A stretch of DNA of 64,000 bases from a candidate division WWE3 bacterium (GTDB lineage: Bacteria; Patescibacteriota; 4484-211; GCA-002791395), in NCBI GenBank assembly GCA_013335095.1, contig JAAXWF010000001.1, forward strand, positions 22,797-86,796. The letters are read 5' to 3'. Shown here piece after piece: positions 18,864 to 29,329 of this stretch. The notes under the pieces were generated by a model that saw nothing but the letters and a program-made list of their open reading frames with translations, was not told where the DNA came from and did no database searches. Every line of letters begins with the position of its first letter. Within the stretch, counting starts at the first letter, position 1. A program made the position numbers and the translations under genes.

Positions 18864-19946
18864 CTATCTTTTTTCCCCTCCCTTACGAACTACCGCCGAC
18901 CGAGTACCCGAGGTACGCCGCTGGCTAGTCGGTTGTGGGACCGTTGAGGTCAGAGCCCCTCCGGCCAATCCGACATTAGCAACGTCGGCAGCGTTTACAG
19001 GTCCAGCTTCACCACCTGCCATCCACGCCGAGACGGTATTCTGGGCTCTTTCGGTTGCCAGAAGACTTTCAACAGTCCTTCCAAGCTCTTCGGCGGCTGC
19101 AGCCTGGTTCAGAGACTGAACCCCCGCAGACATCGCACTGACTTCAGCCTGAACACGTTCAAACTGTTGCGAAATAGTCAGCCGGGCCTGATCGAACTGA
19201 GCTTCGACCAGGTTGATCATCCGACCAAGCGCTTCGGGGCTGTTAACCCCCTGCTGAACGGCTTCAAGGTGACGTTGGGCAGCCGCATGAGCGGCGCTCA
19301 AACTATTGAGCAGTTCGGCGTCACCCCTGGCGTCTTCCATCTCAGCCAAGAGTCGCCGGACTTCACGTTCGGCGAGCTCTACGGCACTGTTATCGCCGAT
19401 AACCACCGCGAACAGCTGCCCCATGAAGTTCAGCCGTCGCTGGTACAACCGAACTGAAAGCTCCAACAGCTTATCGATGTCGGGCATAATCAGTTGGCGA
19501 GCTGAATCTCCCAAGCCTTCGGAGTCGAACAGTCGATCAAGTTGCTCAACCTGAGCAAAGACTTGATGTAGCTGTTCACGCCGGGCTTCAAATTCCCGCT
19601 TAGTATACGGCGGGTTTTGTGAGTACCGATATTGCTCATAAAGGCCGATCAGACGACCTTCGAGCTCATCCTGTAGCCCTTCAACTTCGCGCAGGATCTC
19701 ATCGGACTCAGTCACGTTCAGGAGGTCATACAGAGACTTCCCGACATACGCGACCAGAGTAATCGATGCCCCTGTTAGAACAGCAGGAATTGCTGCAGCA
19801 GGGGCAATGGCCAGTAGCCCTAAGCCGGATACGAAAGACAATAGTCCTCCGCCAATGGCAATCGTCAGATTCCGTTCGTCTAGAAAAGCTTCCCCAAACT
19901 CACCCAACGAATTCCGTAAGTCGTCGACCAGACGATTCCCGCTCAT
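18864..19946 (-). CDS. Two-TM protein with long cytoplasmic coiled coil (loosely XpaC-like)
   Basis: N-terminal hydrophobic hairpin then heptad-rich helices; AAGGAG SD. Confidence 0.7.
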   Translation of the reverse strand: MSGNRLVDDLRNSLGEFGEAFLDERNLTIAIGGGLLSFVSGLGLLAIAPAAAIPAVLTGASITLVAYVGKSLYDLLNVTESDEILREVEGLQDELEGRLIGLYEQYRYSQNPPYTKREFEARREQLHQVFAQVEQLDRLFDSEGLGDSARQLIMPDIDKLLELSVRLYQRRLNFMGQLFAVVIGDNSAVELAEREVRRLLAEMEDARGDAELLNSLSAAHAAAQRHLEAVQQGVNSPEALGRMINLVEAQFDQARLTISQQFERVQAEVSAMSAGVQSLNQAAAAEELGRTVESLLATERAQNTVSAWMAGGEAGPVNAADVANVGLAGGALTSTVPQPTSQRRTSGTRSAVVRKGGEKR

Positions 19947-20104
19947 CGAGCGCTCCTTTCCATCGTTACGATCGATCCAACTAGTTCTTGGTTTCTGAAC
20001 TAGGATAAAGCCAAGTATACTGCATGAATTTATCTTAATTAAGAAAATGGGCCGACTCTCAATTAAGAGAGACGGCCCAACATTACGCTATGTTAGCGTG
20101 CGAT

Positions 20105-21961
20105 TTATCGAGCCCCTGGCAGCACCAGTTGGCAGCCAAAGAATCGGTCCTGCCGCCTGATATTTTCATCAGCGGCGTTCATGTGGCTCGGATCCGACGG
20201 AATCACCGGCTTAAACGCGATCCGCTCGACCGGAACGTTCCGGTTTGAAAGCAGATCACGGATAGCCGGAATTCGAACGTCCGTCAGAAACGCCATCAAT
20301 CCTTCGGCGGTATCCCCGGGAGGCCAGGCAGTGCCGACCTCACAGAGCATCAAGACATCGACCGAAGTTGCCTTAAGGGCAGGCTTGATCGAATTATCTA
20401 CGTACGCATCGAAGCGTCCGACCGACTCTTCGACCAACGTGCCTTCGTTGGCGTTGAATTCAAAGAACTCGCGAGGGAACGTTGCCACAACGTCCTCAGG
20501 CTTGATCCCCGTCACGTCGACCGGATTGACCTGAGGTCGCCGATCGAGCGTGAACTCTTTGGCCGTAAACAACGCCCGGGCATCGGTAAGTAGCTCGGGG
20601 TGGCGCTCAGCGGTTCCCAGTACGAACTGGGGATTAACGACCGTCATCGGGTCGAACTGCTGAACTGGTTTACCACCATACCCCCACAGTTCGCTTGTGA
20701 ATGCGATCTGGGTTGCGATCACTCCGCGCTGGCCATTGGCCTGGGTGGTGCGCTGGTCATTCATCAGGTTGACGTTCGACCGGAGCGTCGCTTGCGCGAT
20801 ACCGTTCATGTAGTCGCGCATAGCTGCATCGGGAGACATTCCCGAATCAATCAAGGCCTGGATACCGGTCCAGCCATCGTGGCTCTGATCCCACTCAGAA
20901 ATCATGGTGGCGGCCCCGGCGGGGTCGCTGAGCATGAAGTTCAGGGCATCGAACCAGGCGTCATGAAACGCCTGCACCAGAGCCGGGTTTTCCCCGACAA
21001 TCTGGTTCGAGAAGATCACGCCATCGATAAGGCTTGGAAGGTTTTCGCTTCCGATGACCTTATAGCCGATATCAACATCCTGGCCATTTCCGTCGTAGAT
21101 GAAAACGGTTTTGCCGTCATCGCGAAGGTTAATGACCGGGATCCAGCCGACCATCACGTTGGTCTGGCCCGCCTGATAGGCTTCCAGAGCCTGTTCAGCC
21201 CGGTTGATATCAGGAAGCATCATGCGAACATTCGGATCCGCGGCATTCTCGCGACCAGCGTAATAAAACGTGATCGTTAGAAGCTCACTCACCGAATTCG
21301 CACCTGCCGCAATCGGCTTGCCAATGATCCCCTGGAGCGTTTGATTTGGCTCCCGGGAAACCATGAAATCCGATCCGCGGCTCATGGAGATGATCAACGT
21401 GTTGACGCCGTACGCCCCTTGCAGGGCAAAGGTGTCGACTGTGGTTAGACCACAGTTGAACTCTCCCGTACGCAGGTAATCAGCCTGCTGATTCTCGTCA
21501 AAGTCATTCTGGTCCAGATTGGGGCCAGAAGCCATGGGCACCAGCTCAAGCTCGAAGTTGTGCTTCGCAGCGAATTGCTGAGCCATGAGGATGGTTGGGT
21601 AGTAGCTCGGGTAGTTAGCCACGAAGCATTTCAGTGTACCCAACGAGCCACTTGCTGACGTTGTTCCGGCTTGATTCACTGGGGTTGCCGCTGCAGCAGC
21701 CGTTGGCTGAATTTGCGAGCTCCCTGCCGTTGCGTTATTCGGATTTACCGTCGGCGCGCCCCCCCCGAAGGGAACGACTTGCGTGACGGAAACCGAAGTA
21801 GGTGCGGTTGATGCACTGCTATTGCCCCTGATCAGCAAGGTACGAATCCCCAAACCGATCACGGTGAGCAGCATCAGGACCGCAAGGATAGCAATACCGA
21901 CTCGAGTTGGACTAAGACGCCGACGTCGGCGCAATGAACTACCATCGGTTGGTGAACTCAC
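20105..21961 (-). CDS. Membrane-anchored NMT1/SsuA-like substrate-binding protein with possible OmpA-like C-terminal domain
   Basis: TM, PT linker, GLTTVDTF, SRGSDFMV, DGVIFS..LVQAFHDAWF; C-terminal FEFNA..L..VPVERI..N.RRQDR; GTG start with AGGAGG. Confidence 0.7.
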   Translation of the reverse strand: MSSPTDGSSLRRRRRLSPTRVGIAILAVLMLLTVIGLGIRTLLIRGNSSASTAPTSVSVTQVVPFGGGAPTVNPNNATAGSSQIQPTAAAAATPVNQAGTTSASGSLGTLKCFVANYPSYYPTILMAQQFAAKHNFELELVPMASGPNLDQNDFDENQQADYLRTGEFNCGLTTVDTFALQGAYGVNTLIISMSRGSDFMVSREPNQTLQGIIGKPIAAGANSVSELLTITFYYAGRENAADPNVRMMLPDINRAEQALEAYQAGQTNVMVGWIPVINLRDDGKTVFIYDGNGQDVDIGYKVIGSENLPSLIDGVIFSNQIVGENPALVQAFHDAWFDALNFMLSDPAGAATMISEWDQSHDGWTGIQALIDSGMSPDAAMRDYMNGIAQATLRSNVNLMNDQRTTQANGQRGVIATQIAFTSELWGYGGKPVQQFDPMTVVNPQFVLGTAERHPELLTDARALFTAKEFTLDRRPQVNPVDVTGIKPEDVVATFPREFFEFNANEGTLVEESVGRFDAYVDNSIKPALKATSVDVLMLCEVGTAWPPGDTAEGLMAFLTDVRIPAIRDLLSNRNVPVERIAFKPVIPSDPSHMNAADENIRRQDRFFGCQLVLPGAR

Positions 21962-22026
21962 AGAGCACCTCCTAAAAGTAAGAGGGACTGCCGCCCATTT
22001 GCGGCAGCCCACTTTCCGATTTAGAA

Positions 22027-22788
22027 CTACTTCTCCGGCGTCAGCCGGGTCGTAGCAGCACCATCAGCAGTAGCAGGTCCAGCCTGGCCGGCTTTCTTCT
22101 TGGCGATGAGTGCCGTAAGCTCCGGACTCATCTCACCCAGAGAGAGCGCGCCACCAGGGGCGAGGCCTGCTTCCATAACCGCGCTCGACATGCGAAGCCG
22201 GGCATCAGCGTCACGCCGCCCGTCATCGGCACGATCCTGAAGCTCTTCGAGCTCCCAAAAGTCGTTGCCCTGACCAATGCCGGCCATCTGTTCCTGCAGT
22301 GAAGCAAGACCAGCTTTAGCCTCATTCGCAGCGATGCGGATCTTGTAGCCGTTGGCTTGAGCTGCCTTAAGACGAGCTGCGTTGATATTACGCAACATAA
22401 TCGCCTTAATGTTGGCTTGAGAGGCAACAGACTCGAGGTCTCTCAGAAGCCCCTCAACGATTGGCTGATGCATCTGGATCTCCTGATCCAGGGCCATTGC
22501 TGTTTCTAGGTCTTCATTTTCGACCGCTTTCTCGCGCCGTGCCTTGAGCTGATCGAGGTACTGAACCTGACGGGCCACATCCTCGGCGAAAGCCTCCTGG
22601 CTTTTGCTCAGCTCAACGCCAGCCCAATAAGCCGAATCCTCGGCTCCCTTGGCCTTGTCGCGTACGCTCTCAAGGAGGTCATCGGTGCTTTCATTGCGAA
22701 GCCACCGCCCAACCTCCCGCCAAAATCGATTCCAAAGCTCGCCGATCACAAATCCCGGACCATTCCGACGAGGAGAACGATTAGACAT
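22027..22788 (-). CDS. PspA/IM30 (ESCRT-III-like) family protein, divergent
   Basis: N-terminal amphipathic helix, KAVENEDLETAMAL, ELEELQDRA...AR; about 250 aa all-helical; GGAGG SD. Confidence 0.6.
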   Translation of the reverse strand: MSNRSPRRNGPGFVIGELWNRFWREVGRWLRNESTDDLLESVRDKAKGAEDSAYWAGVELSKSQEAFAEDVARQVQYLDQLKARREKAVENEDLETAMALDQEIQMHQPIVEGLLRDLESVASQANIKAIMLRNINAARLKAAQANGYKIRIAANEAKAGLASLQEQMAGIGQGNDFWELEELQDRADDGRRDADARLRMSSAVMEAGLAPGGALSLGEMSPELTALIAKKKAGQAGPATADGAATTRLTPEK

Positions 22789-23096
22789 ATGAGTATCCTC
22801 CGTAGAACTACTACACCTGATACAGGCTCCGATGCGAATCCACCGAAAGGTCAATCCATTAGCTGGGATTGCTCCCCTTTCCGCTAAACGTGAAATACAC
22901 GCTTACACATTCAGTAAGCGATTTACTTTTACCATATTTTGCTCCTAACGTCAAAACATAACAAAACACTATAAGACGAGATTGCTTATAAATATTCGTT
23001 TTCATCCTTAAATACTTATCAAGCTTTACTAAAAGGCTTATACTTATAAACGCCAATACATCGGCATCGTGGAACGCACGACTATAGGAGGCGTCA

Positions 23097-24521
23097 ATGA
23101 CCCCATCAAGTGGCACGTACCGTGAACATCTTGAGAATCACGGTATCTCGGTACGAACGGATCCAGTCTTGCCGTTTTTTCATTACGATAGAAACGGTAA
23201 GCTCGTCATCAGAGTATCAGGCTACTCCGACCTGGATCTGTTTGAGGTGTATGCAAGGTACGGTGCGGTTCAGCTGAACCTGCCCGATCTAGCAACACAA
23301 AGAGTACATCAGAGATGGGCCATTAATGGAGCGGCAGCAAAGGCTGCCCATTATCCCGAGGCAGTTCAAAGCGCCTATGCGACAAAAGCCAACGACTGGT
23401 ATCCAGTCGTTTCCCGAGTCGTTCGCGCCGGGTGTCATCAAGAGACCTCATCGCCATCGGGGGTCGCAGCAGCTCAGATACTTTGGGAAAGGGGCGAAAT
23501 TAGCCCAGAGCAGATGGTGATTTGTAATGGATACATTACAGCACCATATGCGGGCGCAATTCACGATTTGCGACATGCCGGATTTGCGAATACTATTCCG
23601 GTAATCGACAAAGAAAGCGTGCTGGCGCTCTTCCGACGCGACCATACGTGGCGATTCGGGATCCGGCAACGGGCTCATTTGCCCGCTCAAACAGACACCA
23701 AACCACACAAGGGTGTGTCTCGGTTTGGAATGGATTATGAAGAGCTCAAACGAGTCGCGATGATGATCCAGCGCAACCCCGGATGGGAGTTGGTGTTATA
23801 CCACTTCCACCTAGGTAGCCAGATCATCGATGAGGATAATTTCCTCGGCGGGTTACTGTCTGCAGCGACTAACTACTGTCGACTCAGGCAACAGGTCCCA
23901 ACCCTTCAATATCTTGATATTGGAGGAGGCGCACCAGTCCAATACGGCCTAACCCCACTCACGATTAATCTAGAGCTATTGCTCACTAGATTCTTGGTGA
24001 GCTTAAAGGACCTGTGTACACACTTTGACGTTCCCTGTCCGACGGTCATCACAGAATGGGGACGGTTCACGGTAGCGCCAAGCGAGCTACGGATGATGGA
24101 AATCCGGGCTCAATATGAACCTGGATTTATTCAAGTCCATGACACAATTATGGGCTCATTGGCGGATAATTGGGCAATCAAGCAACCGTTCCCAGTACTT
24201 TCTCTGGCGGGGCTTGACCACCCGACGACACGAGGCAAGATCGTTGGGCTAACCTGCGACGAAGATGATTGTCTATTCACGGAAGACGACAATCATGTGA
24301 CCATCGCTCGTCCAGATCGATTTCGGACTCCCGGGTCCGAGGTTTTGGTAGTTGCCAATACCGGCGCATACCAGTCAAACCTCGGGAATCTGGAGCACTG
24401 CATGCAGTTGCAGGAGGCGGTAATTGCCGCGTATCTCCATCGCGGGCAGTGGGTGTTTGAGACGGTCCGTCCCAGACAAATGGCCAAAGACATGCTCAAG
24501 CTGTTTGGCTGGCCTGTATAG
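23097..24521 (+). CDS. Fold-type III PLP-dependent Orn/DAP/Arg decarboxylase (arginine decarboxylase-like)
   Basis: YATKAN (PLP Lys), HFHLGSQI, LDIGGG, EWGRF, GLTCDEDD, GAYQ. Confidence 0.88.
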   Translation: MTPSSGTYREHLENHGISVRTDPVLPFFHYDRNGKLVIRVSGYSDLDLFEVYARYGAVQLNLPDLATQRVHQRWAINGAAAKAAHYPEAVQSAYATKANDWYPVVSRVVRAGCHQETSSPSGVAAAQILWERGEISPEQMVICNGYITAPYAGAIHDLRHAGFANTIPVIDKESVLALFRRDHTWRFGIRQRAHLPAQTDTKPHKGVSRFGMDYEELKRVAMMIQRNPGWELVLYHFHLGSQIIDEDNFLGGLLSAATNYCRLRQQVPTLQYLDIGGGAPVQYGLTPLTINLELLLTRFLVSLKDLCTHFDVPCPTVITEWGRFTVAPSELRMMEIRAQYEPGFIQVHDTIMGSLADNWAIKQPFPVLSLAGLDHPTTRGKIVGLTCDEDDCLFTEDDNHVTIARPDRFRTPGSEVLVVANTGAYQSNLGNLEHCMQLQEAVIAAYLHRGQWVFETVRPRQMAKDMLKLFGWPV

Positions 24522-24543
24522 CCGAGTAGGTCACTGTTAGTCG

Positions 24544-24572
24544 GGGCGAGCGGAAACGTTCGCCCTTTTTTT
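24544..24572 (+). terminator. Intrinsic terminator
   Basis: GGGCGAGCG-GAAA-CGTTCGCCC followed by a T-run. Confidence 0.85.
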
Positions 24573-24675
24573 ATCACCCCGCAGCACCAAACTATAGGAC
24601 TCCATGGTATATAATTACACTTAAGTTTCCGATAAATAAGACTAGGAGCCAGTCATAGCTGGTACAGGAGGTCGG

Positions 24676-25227
24676 ATGAAGCGCTGCTTCGCGTGCTCGG
24701 GCAAAAGCCCAGTCGATGCGCAGTACTGCATCAACTGCTCGGCACCATATCCGATAGCAAGCACGGGCACCACGAAACACCTTGGAAAACAAGACGACCT
24801 TGCCCGCACCATAGCCGTAACACACATAGCAGCTATGATGGGGTTAATCCAGTTCACCATGATCATCATCGGCGACATGCTGATGTACAACATCATAGGA
24901 CTGGAATACTGGAAGTCTCTTTCGTTGTTCGAGTTTAGCCTGTTGTGGACATGTCGAGGTATGCTCGATACCGGTATCAGCCTATTGGTACTCATCGGGT
25001 TGCTTCGCTTGACAACAAAAATGGTAATAACAGGTTCGCCTCGCCAGATAGCCAAAAAACGAATCATCGTCACGGCTATCTTAGCGCTGGTGATGTCAGT
25101 AGTTGGGCTCATGGTAGCTCCTGAGTTAAACTACAACCTGCAGGACAAAACCACAATATTGGCCATCAGCCTCATAATGGCCGGAGCGGTTGGTACACTG
25201 ATAGGTAGAGCAAGTAAGACTGCATAA
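24676..25227 (+). CDS. Zinc-ribbon membrane protein
   Basis: CFAC...CINC then several TM helices; AGGAGG SD; terminator at 25234-25268. Confidence 0.7.
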   Translation: MKRCFACSGKSPVDAQYCINCSAPYPIASTGTTKHLGKQDDLARTIAVTHIAAMMGLIQFTMIIIGDMLMYNIIGLEYWKSLSLFEFSLLWTCRGMLDTGISLLVLIGLLRLTTKMVITGSPRQIAKKRIIVTAILALVMSVVGLMVAPELNYNLQDKTTILAISLIMAGAVGTLIGRASKTA

Positions 25228-25346
25228 ATAGCTGCCGGGGCTTAGCACAACTAGTCCCCGGCTTTTTTATTTCTTAATTTCATAAAAGTTGATACTAGAG
25301 CCTATAATATTAATACGGTGATTTAAGGATCGTAGAGGAGGCAAGT

Positions 25347-26000
25347 ATGCCATTGCAGACCGATTGGAGTAATGTCGGAACGGCGAATCTACGCCGTAAG
25401 GTGGCCAAGCTGATTAAGCGTGCAGAGATTGACGTTGACCAGCGCTATCTCGCCCTCCACGCCATGGGTCTACCCCAGGGACAGATCCCAAACGTGGAAA
25501 AGCTGATTGACGCAGCCACCCGGGAGCAGCTCGAAGCTGCCGCAACGATCTTGTCGTACCTGATTGGTCCAGCCAAAGAAGCGGGCAAAGGTACAACGAT
25601 TGAGCAAGACGCTCGACGATGGTGGGAAGAGGCCCTTGCGGCCAACGCCCACAATGGAATCCCACAGGAATGGGTTAATAGGATCGACCTACTGACTCAG
25701 CTCGAAAATCTGGGTTATGGTGTAGACCAGATCAACCCGGTCGTACGACTGGGCAAAGTTCAGGTGTACCGACTGATCGTCAATCAGTTCAAGCTTGCGG
25801 CAGATCGGTACAACGAGAACCTAGGCACCCTGGTCGAAGTATCTAGGCGGGAGTGGGAAGCATTTTGCAACGCGAAGCAGGAGGATGAGGTCCTGGTAGC
25901 GATGCGCGCATGCTTCACCTGGATACAGGATCGTAGCCAGCCGATGCCGTCTCCTCGGCAGATGCTGCTGTTCTACGGTATGCTCGGCAGCACAATCTAA
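25347..26000 (+). CDS. GC-rich helical orphan protein
   Basis: GAGGAGG SD; terminator at 26020-26050. Confidence 0.7.
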   Translation: MPLQTDWSNVGTANLRRKVAKLIKRAEIDVDQRYLALHAMGLPQGQIPNVEKLIDAATREQLEAAATILSYLIGPAKEAGKGTTIEQDARRWWEEALAANAHNGIPQEWVNRIDLLTQLENLGYGVDQINPVVRLGKVQVYRLIVNQFKLAADRYNENLGTLVEVSRREWEAFCNAKQEDEVLVAMRACFTWIQDRSQPMPSPRQMLLFYGMLGSTI

Positions 26001-26174
26001 GGTTTGCTCGAAAATGGTGCCGGGGATCCACATGGATCTCCGGTTTTTTTATTTACAACCTCCATAAAACTATCTAAAAATGACTCACATTAATGATTAT
26101 TGATATGAATATGATGCCTAAAAAAAAGGCAGCGAGTTTCCCCGCTGCCCGATCGTAGCACCTCCTGAAAATTT

Positions 26175-26786
26175 TTAGTCGAACGCCATCAGTTCGACCC
26201 AGTGATTGTCACGAACTGCGGCCCAATCAAGGGTCCCCGCAATTGAGTGACACTCCTGACTCACCCGCCACGGATCTCCCGCGGCAAGCAGGTCAAGATA
26301 AGCCGAGCGGTAATCAGCCGCCCGAGCAACGCTGCCGACTCGTTCGGCCTTGCCGGGATGAGTTCGCTCAGGTCGGACACGAAAGCAGACCAGCTCCCCC
26401 TTCTTAAGGGTTGGCTGAACCCAGTCGTGCCCATTCCGATAGAACTCTATCGGCGTAAAACCTTCAGAAAATCGGACGTTCCACACGTCCGATCCATGAA
26501 AGTAGTACGACCGTCCAACGGCACTGTTGCCGTCGATACCCAGCCCCTTGATAAATCCGAAGCCTTTGCTGGCATCATAGAATGTGACTTCGCCGAGGAA
26601 AAGCACGTGATGCTTTTCTGGCTGATCGTCAGCAAACCAGATTGGCCCAAAGCTTCGAGGATTTTTGGCCGCCTCCACCACATCCGCCCGACAGATCGGG
26701 CAGAATCCATTATGGCGAACAACATTCGCCTCCTGCGTATCGTCCTCGATGGTGTGGGCGCACGGGAAAAAAGTCACCGTAGCCAT
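26175..26786 (-). CDS. Cys/His zinc-finger plus cold-shock (OB) domain protein
   Basis: PCAH...CPIC; GEVTFYDASKGFGFI...YYFHGSD; AAGGAGG SD; terminator at 26120-26149. Confidence 0.7.
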   Translation of the reverse strand: MATVTFFPCAHTIEDDTQEANVVRHNGFCPICRADVVEAAKNPRSFGPIWFADDQPEKHHVLFLGEVTFYDASKGFGFIKGLGIDGNSAVGRSYYFHGSDVWNVRFSEGFTPIEFYRNGHDWVQPTLKKGELVCFRVRPERTHPGKAERVGSVARAADYRSAYLDLLAAGDPWRVSQECHSIAGTLDWAAVRDNHWVELMAFD

Positions 26787-26955
26787 GGGAGTCCCTCCTT
26801 GGTGTAGAGCAGCGCTCTACTATATTAGGTGCCAGGTCCAAAACAGTACCACCATAATAGCCTATAGTAGTACTGCCTGTCAAATTTTTAAAAATAGCCG
26901 TTACATTGGCGTCTCATTTAAAAAAATATTATAGTAGTAAGGATTAGTACGTTCG

Positions 26956-29262
26956 ATGATCGAAAAGACCTCTAAACAATTAATAACCTTCATGACGATT
27001 GTGAGTTCATTCATGATCGTTGCATTGTCCCTACTATTTATTGATAGTTACGGTTCTAAAACAGCTTCAGATAATCGAAAATCAGCCAGTGCTGCTCAAA
27101 ATACTGGTAATTATGTACTCTATACCCAAACAGACATTGACAATATCAAGGCTCAAATCAATTCAAATACCACCATTAAAAATGCTTATAACGACCTCAT
27201 CACTAAGGCAAATGAAGATTTAAATGGCTCATTCCATTTCTACGGTGGAACTTCACATACCGCAAATAGCCAAGCATCACGAGCCGCGCTTAGACTAGCT
27301 CTGGCATACAGGCTTACGGGAGATACGCAGTATGCATCGAAAGCAAAAAGCGTGGTTATGACCGTTACGAGTGCATCAACTATGGTAACTGATGATCCAT
27401 CAATACCCGACAAAGCAACCGCATCGGATAGTCTTTTGTTATATGGGGTCGATACTCCAGGCATGATTCTTGCAGCTGATTTTCTTGATACTTATCCTGG
27501 GTTCAATTCAAGTGAAAAGCAGTCGGTAAAAGATTGGTTTAACGCGACAGCGCGAAGCGCTATGACTCTTCATTACAACACCAAAGTACAAGCTGAAGCC
27601 GGACGTGAATATATGGATCTTGGGTTTACGAACTATAACAGTTGGAGAGTTGTTTTAATTATGACTGCGGGAATATATACCAAAGATTCTGAATTATTTA
27701 ATTTTGCAGTTAGTTATTTTAAAAACTCCCTCATGGAAGAAATGTTTAATTCTTTAGGAGTAGCCGTATGGGAAGTACGAAGAATCACGACAAAAACCTA
27801 TTACTACTCTCACTATACAATTTCGGGAATGCTGCAATTAATTATACTTGCGCGAAAACAAGGAGTCGATCTTGCCAGCTATAAAAATTCTGCCGGGGCG
27901 AATCTTAAAACAGTTCTGGATTATTATTACCAGTTTGCGAACGGTACGCCGTGGCCTTATGAAGGAATAGAAGGGTCTAATCCTCCAAAATATTCTGATG
28001 TATGGGAAAACTTTGAAGCAGGTTATTTTATGTATAAAGACTCAAGATATAACACGCTCATAAATTCCTATCGACCGACATACTGGAGGTCTGGCATCAT
28101 GACTCCCAACACGTTATTTTTCTTAAGTAGTGATTTCAATAATCCTTCAAATCCGATAACGCCAAACCCGACCACAACAGGTGCGCCTACAGCAACACCC
28201 ATACCAGTACCGACCGGTCGAATAAATCCATCGCCACGATTGCCGATCTCGCCATATAATTCGACCGGAACGCCGTGGGCAATACCCGGAACAATTGAGG
28301 CGGAAAGTTTCGATAATGGTGGTGTGGGGATTGCCTACTACGACACTGATTCAGACAATATTGGCGGAGCATATCGATCGACAAGCATTGATATTGATCC
28401 CTACAGTAACGGTAATTACAGCGTAGCATGGATTAGGCCAACAGAGTGGCTACGGTATTCGGTGTTTGTCCAAACACGCGGGATATATGACATTAAACCT
28501 CGAGTCGCCTTCAAAGGACCGGCAGGAAATTTTGATATTGAGATTGATGGCAAAGTCGTCGGTAGTTTTACCATACCTGATACAAAAGAATTTAGCGCAT
28601 TTACCGATATAACCGTAGGAAATATTCAGCTAGAAACCGGATATCATGTACTTCGAATTATTGCAGTCAGTGCAAATGAGGGTAGTTACGATGGATTGAT
28701 GGGAGATATTGATAAATTCACCTTCGTCTTAACTAAAAACCTTTCTACGTCACCGAATACCCAATCGCCCGCTGCGGTACCAGGAAAAATCGAGGCGGAA
28801 AACTTTGACCGAGGTGGCGAAGGGATCGCATATCATGACACCAAGACTGGCAACGAACTTGTGATTCAAAATAAAGGCGGGATTGATTACCGACCAGGAG
28901 AAGGTGTCGATATTGGGAAAAACGCAAATGGCGCAACCTATGTCGGCTGGATTGAAAATACCGAATGGTTAGTCTACACCATTAACGTAACTGAAGATGG
29001 CTATTACCACCTATCGGCACAAGCTGGATTTAATGGCGCTGGTGGAAGCTTCGATCTTGAGATTGATGGTAAGACTCAAGGGCACTTTACTATTCGAGAT
29101 TTGGGTGCATGGGATATTTACACCACCATACCTGCATGGCCTCCGTATATCAGGTTAACCAAAGGTACACATACCCTTCGGCTCATCGCCAAACAACGAC
29201 CTGGTGTATCCACCTATCAAAATCTTCTCGGTGATATCGATTATTTCGAAATTTCAAAGTAA
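26956..29262 (+). CDS. Alginate-lyase-fold exoprotein with two CBM6/35-like modules
   Basis: TM anchor, LALAYRLTGDTQYASKA, YYYSHY, GVDLASY; PT linker; two IEAE.FD.GG.GIAY repeats. Confidence 0.8.
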   Translation: MIEKTSKQLITFMTIVSSFMIVALSLLFIDSYGSKTASDNRKSASAAQNTGNYVLYTQTDIDNIKAQINSNTTIKNAYNDLITKANEDLNGSFHFYGGTSHTANSQASRAALRLALAYRLTGDTQYASKAKSVVMTVTSASTMVTDDPSIPDKATASDSLLLYGVDTPGMILAADFLDTYPGFNSSEKQSVKDWFNATARSAMTLHYNTKVQAEAGREYMDLGFTNYNSWRVVLIMTAGIYTKDSELFNFAVSYFKNSLMEEMFNSLGVAVWEVRRITTKTYYYSHYTISGMLQLIILARKQGVDLASYKNSAGANLKTVLDYYYQFANGTPWPYEGIEGSNPPKYSDVWENFEAGYFMYKDSRYNTLINSYRPTYWRSGIMTPNTLFFLSSDFNNPSNPITPNPTTTGAPTATPIPVPTGRINPSPRLPISPYNSTGTPWAIPGTIEAESFDNGGVGIAYYDTDSDNIGGAYRSTSIDIDPYSNGNYSVAWIRPTEWLRYSVFVQTRGIYDIKPRVAFKGPAGNFDIEIDGKVVGSFTIPDTKEFSAFTDITVGNIQLETGYHVLRIIAVSANEGSYDGLMGDIDKFTFVLTKNLSTSPNTQSPAAVPGKIEAENFDRGGEGIAYHDTKTGNELVIQNKGGIDYRPGEGVDIGKNANGATYVGWIENTEWLVYTINVTEDGYYHLSAQAGFNGAGGSFDLEIDGKTQGHFTIRDLGAWDIYTTIPAWPPYIRLTKGTHTLRLIAKQRPGVSTYQNLLGDIDYFEISK

Positions 29263-29329
29263 CACATCCAGATAAAGTAAAGCGGCCGATGATAGGTTCA
29301 TACCATCGGCCAACTGTGAATATGTAAAA

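Noticed and set aside
21900-21961. RRRRR before the TM helix as a Tat signal
   Set aside because: No S/T-R-R-x-F-L-K consensus; more simply a positive-inside anchor
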